From Clostridia bacterium (GTDB taxonomy: Bacteria; Bacillota; Clostridia; UMGS1810): DNA of 64,000 bases. The stretch is from contig JAFSCF010000002.1 of NCBI GenBank assembly GCA_017436905.1, positions 1,083 to 65,082 of the forward strand. The letters are read 5' to 3'. Position 1 is the stretch's first letter; every line of letters starts with the position of its first letter. The notes beneath the pieces are model-generated. The model was not told the DNA's origin. It saw nothing but the letters and a program-made list of their open reading frames with translations, and searched no databases. Position numbers and translations under genes: made by a program. Shown here in pieces: positions 9,644 through 17,939 of this stretch.

Positions 9644-10447
9644 TTATTTGTTTAACTGTGCCATTACTTTCTTTGTGATTTCAGAAATCATATCAGCATC
9701 AGTTTTTGCTTCTTTGTGATGTCCGCAAGAGCCGTTGCAGTTATGGCAACTCATCTCGCCTTTTCTCTGGTTAGGGCAGAGGTTAGCGGGGTGTTTACCG
9801 GGAAGACCCATCTTTCTGCGAATTTCATACAGTTTTTCAATCTGCTCTTTAGAGAACTCAATAGGAGTACCTAACTGTTTTGATTTAAAGAGAAGTTCAG
9901 CATAGAATTCCAAAGATTCCATCTTGTGATATGCAGCCAGAAGTGAGTCTGAGTATGAGAGTGCACCATGGTTAGCGAGGAGCACTGCATCAAAGTAAGG
10001 CAGATACTTTTCTACTGCATCGGGGATTTCCTCTGTTGAAGGTGTGCCGTACTCAGCAATCGGAACGCAACCGAGAGCGATAACTGCCTCAGGCATAATC
10101 GGCTGAGTAAGTGGAATACCTGCAATAGCAAAACTTGTAGCGTATGTGGGGTGTGCATGAACAACAGCCTTTACATCAGGACGTTTTTCATAAACACGCA
10201 TATGCATTTTGATTTCTGATGAAGGTTTAAAGTTGCCGTTTGCACGGATAACATTACCCTTAGCATCAACTTTGCAGATGTACTCGGGAGTCATAAAACC
10301 TTTACTTACACCGGTAGGTGTGCAAAGGAACTCGTTGTCAGAGAGTTTAACAGAAATGTTACCATCGTTTGCAGCAACCATGTTCCTGTTGTAAATTCTC
10401 TTACCGATGTCGCAAATTTGTTTTTTGATTTCGTATTCTGACATCAT
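9644..10447 (-). CDS. class II aldolase/adducin family (fuculose/rhamnulose-1-phosphate aldolase-like) with Cys/His-rich C-terminal tail and encapsulation peptide
   Basis: 267 aa; AANDGNIS, HAHPTYA, LLANHGA motifs of FucA/RhaD-type aldolases; about 50-aa extension ending DADMISEITKKVMAQLNK. Confidence 0.85.
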   Translation of the reverse strand: MMSEYEIKKQICDIGKRIYNRNMVAANDGNISVKLSDNEFLCTPTGVSKGFMTPEYICKVDAKGNVIRANGNFKPSSEIKMHMRVYEKRPDVKAVVHAHPTYATSFAIAGIPLTQPIMPEAVIALGCVPIAEYGTPSTEEIPDAVEKYLPYFDAVLLANHGALSYSDSLLAAYHKMESLEFYAELLFKSKQLGTPIEFSKEQIEKLYEIRRKMGLPGKHPANLCPNQRKGEMSCHNCNGSCGHHKEAKTDADMISEITKKVMAQLNK

Positions 10448-10493
10448 TTTTATCTATCTCCTTTTTAAAATTATTTACATTTGTACTACTTAC

Positions 10494-10522
10494 ATTTTAC
10501 TACATATTTATTTGAAAGTCAA
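10494..10522 (-). promoter_or_regulatory. sigma-70-like promoter ahead of the aldolase-to-PduL gene block
   Basis: Minus strand TTGACT (10522-10517), 17-nt spacer, TAAAAT (10499-10494), in the only sizeable intergenic gap of the BMC locus. Confidence 0.5.
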
Positions 10523-10573
10523 CGATTTTTCTGTTTTTTTCTTCGAAAATCTGTTTTTTGTTTGAAATTTCGT

Positions 10574-10999
10574 TTACTTATTCAAATACGTTATTAATTC
10601 GTTAATTCCGTATCCCGTGATAGAGTCTACCCGAAACACTTTTTTGCAACCACTTAATCGCAACCAGTTTTCGGCTCTGTCGGGATTTGCCCCCTCTTGT
10701 TCGCACTTTGTTACAATGCCGATAACCTCACGGTTTACCATACACGTTACACACGGTGGAAAAAGTGAATACGGCTCTGTGGCAGCAATTAAAAGCCCTA
10801 CCATATCAGCCTCATACGAATAAAGTGCCAATGCTCGGCCAAGGTGATTGGTCTGGGCATATTCACCCGGAGTATCAATAAGGCTGTTTTCAAACTTTAT
10901 ATATTGGGTTTTATCGTAACTGACCTCTTCACCACGGAGCACCTGAGTAAGCGTTGTTTTTCCGCTTTCGCTCCTGCCCATTAAAATTAACTTTTTCAT
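10574..10999 (-). CDS. EutP/PduV-family small GTPase
   Basis: MKKLILMGRSESGKTTL P-loop; start taken at ATG 10999, which overlaps the upstream TAA by 1 nt (TAATG); the ORF-track start at 11020 is less likely. Confidence 0.8.
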   Translation of the reverse strand: MKKLILMGRSESGKTTLTQVLRGEEVSYDKTQYIKFENSLIDTPGEYAQTNHLGRALALYSYEADMVGLLIAATEPYSLFPPCVTCMVNREVIGIVTKCEQEGANPDRAENWLRLSGCKKVFRVDSITGYGINELITYLNK

Positions 11000-11370
11000 T
11001 ATGTTTTGGTTATAGGACAAACGGTAAAGCCTAAAACATCCCTACAGTAATCAACCAGTGCTGTAAGCGATGCCATAACGTCTGATACATTACCCGTTAC
11101 TATAAGCGTTCCGCTAAAGCGGTCTACAAAACCAAGTTCAACACCAGATGATTTTATAGCAATATCGCCGGCAATTATTGCAGTTTCTGCGGGCGACATA
11201 GTAACTATGCCGATTGCAGTTTTTGAATACTCGACCGCAGGGTCAAGACCAAGTTTTCTGTAAAGAATGTCATCAGGATTTGCAATGATGTGCGCAATAG
11301 TTATCTGTTTACCGGGAACAAGTTCCTGAACTATGCGCATCTTGTCCTGAAACGAAAGATCGTAATTCAT
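10999..11370 (-). CDS. PduU/EutS-like (circularly permuted) BMC-H shell protein
   Basis: 123 aa; sequence pattern ...AIGIVTMSPAETAIIAGDIAIKSSGVELGFVDRFSG... typical of PduU/EutS. Confidence 0.7.
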   Translation of the reverse strand: MNYDLSFQDKMRIVQELVPGKQITIAHIIANPDDILYRKLGLDPAVEYSKTAIGIVTMSPAETAIIAGDIAIKSSGVELGFVDRFSGTLIVTGNVSDVMASLTALVDYCRDVLGFTVCPITKT

Positions 11371-11374
11371 TGTC

Positions 11375-12163
11375 CTACCCTCCTATCTTGCATTTTAGTC
11401 CGTAGCGTTCAGCAACGGATTTTAATTTTTGCATATGTTCGTCTGTTGGTGAAGGAAGTTCACCCATAAGGTATTCCCTGCCCAATCCGATGTATTTATC
11501 TTTACCGAAGTTATGATACGGCAAAAGGTTAATTTCATTTACCCCTTTTAACTTTGAAGCAAACTCTGCTATAGAAGCAATTTCTGTTTCTGTATCATTA
11601 AATGTTGGAACAACAGGAACACGTATTATAAGTTTATTTGCATTTTCTGCAATTTTTACAGCATTTTCGAGTATACGTTCATTCGGCTGTGTTGTAAATG
11701 CTTTATGCTTTGCGCTATCTGTATGCTTGATATCCATAAGCACGGTATCTATATACGGGAGCATCTTTTCTATTTTTTCATACGGTGCAAACCCCGTAGT
11801 TTCAACAGCAGTATTTATAGCAGTCTCTTTAGCACATCTTAGCAACGCATATGCAAATTCGCTCTGGCAAAGCATTTCACCGCCGGATAATGTCATACCG
11901 CCGCCGGAACGTCTATAATAAGGCATATCCTGCTTTACGATATCGATTATCTCACGAACGGTAACATCACGACCAACAGTTTTTTCTTTTCCGTTCTGAA
12001 TCATAGTCTGTATTTCATACTTTTGTGATTCAGGGTTACAGCACCATTTGCATCTCAAGGCACAACCTTTTAAAAACACAATAGTGCGAATACCCGGGCC
12101 GTCGTGAACAGAGAATTTCTGAATATCGAAAATCCTGCCGGATACATTCAAATAATCAGTCAT
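11375..12163 (-). CDS. glycyl-radical enzyme activating enzyme (radical SAM), short PFL-AE-like form
   Basis: 262 aa; CALRCKWCCNPE (CX3CX2C); no second or third Cys-cluster insert is visible after the SAM cluster. Confidence 0.9.
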   Translation of the reverse strand: MTDYLNVSGRIFDIQKFSVHDGPGIRTIVFLKGCALRCKWCCNPESQKYEIQTMIQNGKEKTVGRDVTVREIIDIVKQDMPYYRRSGGGMTLSGGEMLCQSEFAYALLRCAKETAINTAVETTGFAPYEKIEKMLPYIDTVLMDIKHTDSAKHKAFTTQPNERILENAVKIAENANKLIIRVPVVPTFNDTETEIASIAEFASKLKGVNEINLLPYHNFGKDKYIGLGREYLMGELPSPTDEHMQKLKSVAERYGLKCKIGG

Positions 12164-12169
12164 ACTCTT

Positions 12170-14698
12170 TTAAAAGCCTCCCTGCTCTGTTCTGTTGATG
12201 ATGTCATCCTGAAGTGACCTTGAAAGAGTTGTAAAGAGTGCACTATATCCTGCAACACGAACTACAAGGTTTTTATAATTTTCAGGATGCAACTGAGCAT
12301 CACGCAGAGTTTCACGGCTTACTACGTTAAACTGCATATGCATACCTTTCTGGTCAAAGAAAGCACGTATAAGAGAAATAAATGCTTCAATACCTGACGC
12401 ACCTTTAAGTGCTGACGGGTGGAACTTCATATTAAAGAGAGTTCCGTTAGACGCAATACCATGGTCAAGTTTAGCAACTGAGTTAGCCGCTGCTGTAGGA
12501 CCATTTACGTCACTGCCTGCTGCAGGAGACACACCATCTGCTATAGGTGCACCTGCAAGTCTGCCATCAGGCGTTGCACCCGTCTGCAAACCAAGAGGCA
12601 CGTTAGCAGAAACAGGATAAAGTCCTGCATGATATATACCGCCTCTGGGGTTGGTATATTTTTCAACAGGTTTTGTATATGTATAGGCGGCTTCACGACC
12701 ATAGAGGTCAACCTCGTCCATATCATTACCAAATTTGGGCAATGATTTGATTTTTTCGTAAAGTGCCTTATACTCATTCTTTTTAGCAGCATCAATATTG
12801 TTCTCTTTAATCTGTGTAAAGATTTCAGCAATCTGCTCTGAGGTAATTTCATATCCTTTTGATGTGATTTCTTTTGCAACCTCTACTGTAAGGTTTTTAG
12901 CATACGCATCGCTGTATGGCATACCAAAGTTGTTTTTAAGAGCATCAGAATACTGCTGGAGTGTAACTGTTTTTGTTTTATAAACAAGTTCATCTATAGC
13001 ATACAAAGCATCAGCCACGTTTGCAATACCAAATCCCTGCGGACCGGTAAAGTTATAAACAGCGCCGCCTTCCTGAGCAGATTTACCTTTTTTGATACAA
13101 TCATCAAGCATAGAAGAAAGGAAAGGCAACGGACAACGCTCTGCGTGCGCAGCGTCTATGGCATTATCAGAGTTAACCATAAGTTTGATAGTGTAGTCCA
13201 TCTGCTTTTTATATGCATCAAAGAATTTATCGTATGTATCAAGTTCTGAAAGTTCGCCTGTTTTAAGACCAACCTGAACACCTTTGTCCATACCGTTTGA
13301 GAAAACAAGTTCCATAGGACGGCACATATTAAAGAATGCAGCATCGTGCCAACCGTCTGTTTTACCGCCTTTCTGCGGTTCAACGCAGCCTATTATACAG
13401 TAATCACGAGCGTCCTGCAGGCTAAGTCCTCTTGAAATAAGTGCAGGAATAATAATCTCATCATTATAGTAAGCAGGAAGACCGATACCGGTTTTAGTAA
13501 GTTCTGCCGCTTTAACCATAAGGTCGTGCGGTGTGCCGTTCCACACTCTCATAGAAAGTGACGGCTGCGGCAGATTAACGTGCATAGATGCGCTTATACA
13601 CATATACGACAGATCGTTTGTAGCATCTAAGCCATTGATGTCCTGACCACCTACAATAAGGTTTTGGAACATACTGTATCCTGCAAAGCCTTCAGCAGAC
13701 AAAAGGTCACGTACTTTATTAAGGCTGTTGAGTTTTACCCATACACAGTCAATAAGTTCCTGAGCCTGCTCACGTGTTATTTTACCGCTTTCGAGGTCTT
13801 TAATATAATAAGGATACATATACTGGTCAAAACGTCCGGGTGAAATTGAGTGTCCGCTTGACTCTGTCTGTATAAGAAGTTGTATAAACCAGAACGACTG
13901 ACAAGCCTCGTGAAAACTCTGCGCACCATTCGCAGGAACTTTATCACAGATTTCCGCAATGGTTAAAAGTTCGTCACGTCTTTTTATATCTGTACATTCA
14001 CTTGCCATCTCACGAGCAGCAACGCTGTAACGTTTTGCAAATATAACAGCACTTTCGCAACTTTCCATAACAGAAGTAAGGAAATAATAACGTGTGTTGT
14101 AATCGCTGTCGTAAACATTGCATTTATCTCTTTCAGCCTTTGCCTGCGCCCAGATGCCTTTATAACCTATTTTTAAAACTTTATCATAGTCAACGCTTAC
14201 GTGACCGATACCGTTATAGAAATAGTTACCGGTGGTGAAGATATTATGTTCAATAGCATTTAAAGTTTCAGGTGCCATATAAGAGGTTGCAAGTTCACTT
14301 GTAGTTCTGCCCTGCCAATATTTATGTACCTCTTTTAATTTTGCGGCAGTTTCCTCCGAAATATAGAACGGGTCTGCGCTACGTGTTGCAACTGTTTCAA
14401 ACTCGTCCTCAAGCCATTTGTTAGAAAACTCAGGGAATGTCTGGCATCCTCTGCGTGCAAAACTGTTGCAACCCACGATAAGTTCATCATCACGGATAAC
14501 AACCGGCAACTTTTCAACAATAGCCCTGAATGCTCTTGATTTTCTTATATATACGGGCAAGCCTTCTGTGCTTTTATAACTTTCTGTAATAATTTCAGCA
14601 CGTGTTGACTCTATAGTAGGTGTACCCGAATAAAGGTCATCTATAAGTTTTTGTATACGTTCTGTTTTAGGGATATCAGCAGTATAAACTTTTTTCAT
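12170..14698 (-). CDS. glycyl radical enzyme, probable B12-independent 1,2-propanediol dehydratase (by context)
   Basis: 842 aa from ATG 14698 (AGGAGGG upstream); C-terminal RVAGYSA glycyl-radical motif; GCVEP Cys loop. The ORF-track start at 14764 adds 22 implausible residues. Confidence 0.85.
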   Translation of the reverse strand: MKKVYTADIPKTERIQKLIDDLYSGTPTIESTRAEIITESYKSTEGLPVYIRKSRAFRAIVEKLPVVIRDDELIVGCNSFARRGCQTFPEFSNKWLEDEFETVATRSADPFYISEETAAKLKEVHKYWQGRTTSELATSYMAPETLNAIEHNIFTTGNYFYNGIGHVSVDYDKVLKIGYKGIWAQAKAERDKCNVYDSDYNTRYYFLTSVMESCESAVIFAKRYSVAAREMASECTDIKRRDELLTIAEICDKVPANGAQSFHEACQSFWFIQLLIQTESSGHSISPGRFDQYMYPYYIKDLESGKITREQAQELIDCVWVKLNSLNKVRDLLSAEGFAGYSMFQNLIVGGQDINGLDATNDLSYMCISASMHVNLPQPSLSMRVWNGTPHDLMVKAAELTKTGIGLPAYYNDEIIIPALISRGLSLQDARDYCIIGCVEPQKGGKTDGWHDAAFFNMCRPMELVFSNGMDKGVQVGLKTGELSELDTYDKFFDAYKKQMDYTIKLMVNSDNAIDAAHAERCPLPFLSSMLDDCIKKGKSAQEGGAVYNFTGPQGFGIANVADALYAIDELVYKTKTVTLQQYSDALKNNFGMPYSDAYAKNLTVEVAKEITSKGYEITSEQIAEIFTQIKENNIDAAKKNEYKALYEKIKSLPKFGNDMDEVDLYGREAAYTYTKPVEKYTNPRGGIYHAGLYPVSANVPLGLQTGATPDGRLAGAPIADGVSPAAGSDVNGPTAAANSVAKLDHGIASNGTLFNMKFHPSALKGASGIEAFISLIRAFFDQKGMHMQFNVVSRETLRDAQLHPENYKNLVVRVAGYSALFTTLSRSLQDDIINRTEQGGF

Positions 14699-14725
14699 TT
14701 CTAACCCTCCTATTTTGATATTTAT

Positions 14726-14754
14726 ATCATACATCAAAAAACAGATAAAGTCAA
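14726..14754 (-). promoter_or_regulatory. sigma-70-like promoter of the GRE/BMC operon
   Basis: Minus strand TTGACT (14754-14749), 17-nt spacer, TATGAT (14731-14726), about 30 nt before the GRE start. Confidence 0.55.
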
Positions 14755-14797
14755 CACTTTTCAAAGAGAAAAAAACAAAAACACAGAAAAATTGTGC

Positions 14798-14840
14798 AAA
14801 AACACCGCAAAAAGACGATATATGTCCATCTGCGGTGTTT
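14798..14840 (-). terminator. possible intrinsic terminator after the carboxypeptidase gene
   Basis: Minus strand AAACACCGCA ... TGCGGTGTTT stem followed by TT; the loop is large (about 21 nt), so the call is weak. Confidence 0.4.
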
Positions 14841-14855
14841 GATTATTTCTGTGTT

Positions 14856-16049
14856 TTATACTCTTTGTGCACAGCCTGATGCCCATAAGCGCACCATCCG
14901 CATAAATATATCTGAAAATTTGATTTTTTCAATATTTTCACTGAAAACAATTTCGCTTTCTCCGGCTTTTTGTCCGTCTATGTAATATTCCATAATGCCT
15001 GCCGGTGTGCCTGCTTCAATCGGCGCAACAAACTCCGATGTTAAAACCGGTTTCATTTCAACCTGCGGCGTTTCGCCTTTTTTAGCAAGGACTTCAAAAG
15101 GCTCTTTAATCAATAAATCAGTAGTTCGCTTAACACCTTTTGAAATTGCCTGTTCCCCCACTATATCACCTGCATTTGAAACAGGCTTGATTGCGTAATT
15201 GGCAAATCCGTAATTTAAAAGTTTGCTGGCATCGGCGACTCTCTCTTTAGATGTAGGAGATGCCATAATAACCGCTATAAGGTGCATGTTATCTCTTTTA
15301 GCAGTGCCGGATACGCAAAATAGAGCATCTGATGTAGAGCCGGTTTTTAAACCTGTAGCGCCTTCATAAAATCTTATAAGTTTATTTGTGTTCGACAGTG
15401 TGAATTTTCCGTCACGCAATGTATCCATCCAAATAGTTGTAAAGTTATGAATATCGGGATGCTTTAAAAGTTCACGGCTCATAAGTGCTATATCATACGC
15501 ACTTGAATAATGACCCTCGGCGTCTAATCCGTTACAGTTTACAAAATGAGTATCGACCATACCAAGCCCGGCAGCACGCTCGTTCATACGAGCCACAAAT
15601 GTTTCTTCACTGCCGCTTATGTGTTCTGCCATAGCAACGGCTGCATCATTGCCCGAAGATACCGCTATACCTTTCATAATATCACGTACGCTAAGTTGTT
15701 CGCCTTCATCTAAAAAAATTGTTGAGCCACCCATACTCTTCGCATAAGCGCTTCCGGTAATCATATCGTCATATTCCATACGCCCGGCGTCTATCTCTTC
15801 CATTGCAAGCAGCATAGTCATAATCTTCGTGATGCTCGCCATAGGTCTGCGTTCATGGCTGTTTTTATCATAAAGTATTTTACCCGTACTGTTTTCCATA
15901 AGCAATGCCGACGGCGCAGCGAGTTCCGGCTCGCCGTCTGCCATTACAAATTGTATATTAAAGTTTAAAGTAATCATCATCACGCATAACAGCATGACAA
16001 ACGTACGTACATAAGGAATTTTTCGGAAGTACAAAAAAATATGCCGCAT
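14856..16049 (-). CDS. D-alanyl-D-alanine carboxypeptidase (peptidase S11, DacB/DacF-like)
   Basis: SITK active-site motif, N-terminal membrane anchor; start taken at ATG 16049 (GGAGGT upstream). Confidence 0.85.
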   Translation of the reverse strand: MRHIFLYFRKIPYVRTFVMLLCVMMITLNFNIQFVMADGEPELAAPSALLMENSTGKILYDKNSHERRPMASITKIMTMLLAMEEIDAGRMEYDDMITGSAYAKSMGGSTIFLDEGEQLSVRDIMKGIAVSSGNDAAVAMAEHISGSEETFVARMNERAAGLGMVDTHFVNCNGLDAEGHYSSAYDIALMSRELLKHPDIHNFTTIWMDTLRDGKFTLSNTNKLIRFYEGATGLKTGSTSDALFCVSGTAKRDNMHLIAVIMASPTSKERVADASKLLNYGFANYAIKPVSNAGDIVGEQAISKGVKRTTDLLIKEPFEVLAKKGETPQVEMKPVLTSEFVAPIEAGTPAGIMEYYIDGQKAGESEIVFSENIEKIKFSDIFMRMVRLWASGCAQRV

Positions 16050-16117
16050 AAGCCTACCTCCATGAAAGTTTTCCATGGTAAAGCATTATGCGGCAAAAAT
16101 GTATTTTATGATATTAA

Positions 16118-17059
16118 TCAGTTTTCCTTTTCGTAAATTGCCTGTTTTGCACTCTTTGCAATAACAGCGGGAGTTAATCCGTATTCTTCAAAAAGTTCAG
16201 CAGGTTTTCCCGAACGGCCAAAAACATCTTTTGTGCCGATGCGTTTCATAACGCAAGGCGCACTCTCACAAAGCACCTCTGCAACCGCGCTACCAAGACC
16301 GCCAATAATATTGTGTTCTTCTGCAGTAACAATAGCACCTGTTTCTTTAGATGCCTTAATGATTATATCTCTGTCGATAGGTTTAATGGTAGCCATATTT
16401 ACTACTCTTGCGCTTATGCCGTCCTCTTCAAGCATTTTAGCGGCTTCCAAAGCAAAGCCAACCATAAGACCTGTAGCAATAATGGTAACGTCCTTACCCT
16501 CTTTAATTTCAACGCCTTTTCCAATCTCAAACTTATAGTCAACATCAAATATGCGGTCAACCGCAAGACGTCCAAAACGCAAATAGCAAGGTCCGTCGTG
16601 TTCAATAGCGGCTTTTACTGCAAGGCGTGCCTCTACATCGTCGGCAGGATTTAATATAACCATACCGGGAAGTGAGCGCATAAGTGCGATATCCTCTAAA
16701 CACTGGTGTGTAGCACCATCTTCACCTACAGAAATGCCTGCATGAGTAGCACCGATTTTAACATTAAGGTGCGGATAGCATATTGAGTTTCTTATCTGTT
16801 CAAACGCACGGCCTGCGGCAAACATTGCAAAACTGCTTGCGAACGGGATTTTACCGCACGATGCAAGACCTGCTGCAACACACATCATATCAGCCTCGGC
16901 AATACCTGCGTTTATAAATCTTTCGGGGAATTTCTTTTTGAATACATCTGTTTTTGTTGATTTTGAAAGGTCAGCGTCTAAAACGACAATTCTTTCATCT
17001 ACTCCGAACTCTGCCAAAGCAGCGCCGTATGCTTCCCTTGTTGCTTTTTTATCAGCCAT
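16118..17059 (-). CDS. transketolase, C-terminal (pyrimidine-binding) subunit
   Basis: MADKKATREAYG...; split-transketolase arrangement; start overlaps the upstream stop. Confidence 0.9.
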   Translation of the reverse strand: MADKKATREAYGAALAEFGVDERIVVLDADLSKSTKTDVFKKKFPERFINAGIAEADMMCVAAGLASCGKIPFASSFAMFAAGRAFEQIRNSICYPHLNVKIGATHAGISVGEDGATHQCLEDIALMRSLPGMVILNPADDVEARLAVKAAIEHDGPCYLRFGRLAVDRIFDVDYKFEIGKGVEIKEGKDVTIIATGLMVGFALEAAKMLEEDGISARVVNMATIKPIDRDIIIKASKETGAIVTAEEHNIIGGLGSAVAEVLCESAPCVMKRIGTKDVFGRSGKPAELFEEYGLTPAVIAKSAKQAIYEKEN

Positions 17060-17897
17060 TTTTACGCGCCTCCAATTCTGCAAGTTTTTTGTCTAATTCT
17101 TCTGCGGCTATTGCATACTGTTCGTCATTGGGTGCATTACCATGCCAGCCGGCTTCGTTTTCCATAAATGAAATATCTTTACCTTTTACAGATTTTGCAA
17201 TAATAGCAGTTGGTTTGCCTTTGCAGTTTTCAGCGTTTTCAAGTGCTGCACGAAGTGAGTCAAAATCGTGTGCATCTGCAACAACAACATTCCAGTTAAA
17301 TGCCTCGTATTTTTTGTCTATCGGCAACGGTGACATAACATCTGCAATATTTCCGTCAATCTGCAAGCCGTTGTTATCTACAATAACAGTAAGGTTATCA
17401 AGATTGTGATGTGCGGCAAACATAGCATTTTCCCAAACCTGACCTTCCTCAAGTTCACCATCGCCCAAAATAGCGTATACACGGTAGTTTTTTCTGTCGA
17501 GTTTAGCGGCAATAGCCATACCCGCAGCAGCGCAGACACCCTGACCAAGTGAGCCGGTCGACATATCAACACCGGGCACCTTTTTCATATCGGGATGCCC
17601 CTGCAGATAACTGCGTATATTTCTAAATCCCTTGATATCCTCTTTAGGAATAAAGCCGGCTTCTGCCAGCGCACCATAAAGTGCAGGCGCACAGTGACCT
17701 TTAGAGAGAACCAGTCTGTCACGAAGTTCCCAGTTGGGATTTGATGCATCTACTTTCATCTTTTCGAAATAAAGCAATGCAAGAATGTCGGCTATCGACA
17801 TAGAACCTCCGGGATGACCGGACTTCGCAGCATGAACTGCATCAAGAGCGTGTTTTCTGATTTTACAAGCGGTGATTTTCAAGTCCAAATTATTCAT
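17052..17897 (-). CDS. transketolase, N-terminal (TPP-binding) subunit
   Basis: SGHPGGS, GSLGQG, GDGELEEG TPP motifs; start at ATG 17897 (MNNLDL). Confidence 0.9.
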   Translation of the reverse strand: MNNLDLKITACKIRKHALDAVHAAKSGHPGGSMSIADILALLYFEKMKVDASNPNWELRDRLVLSKGHCAPALYGALAEAGFIPKEDIKGFRNIRSYLQGHPDMKKVPGVDMSTGSLGQGVCAAAGMAIAAKLDRKNYRVYAILGDGELEEGQVWENAMFAAHHNLDNLTVIVDNNGLQIDGNIADVMSPLPIDKKYEAFNWNVVVADAHDFDSLRAALENAENCKGKPTAIIAKSVKGKDISFMENEAGWHGNAPNDEQYAIAAEELDKKLAELEARKNG

Positions 17898-17939
17898 TGT
17901 GTGTGTCCTTTCTGTGCTGCAGAGCACATTTTTATGTCA

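Noticed and set aside
10549-10560. Shared 12-mer ATCTGTTTTTTG in both BMC promoter regions (10549-10560 on plus; 14735-14746 on minus) as a possible DeoR operator
   Set aside because: The two copies are in opposite orientation relative to transcription. The core CTGTTTTTTG also occurs at the unrelated cysE promoter (21398-21407) and elsewhere, so it is probably T-rich low-complexity sequence.
14699-14764. ORF-track N-terminal extension of the GRE (MKSVDFICFLMYDINIKIGGLE...)
   Set aside because: The extension overlaps the predicted promoter and contains the AGGAGGG RBS that serves ATG 14698. MKKVYTADIPKTERIQKL is a normal GRE N-terminus.
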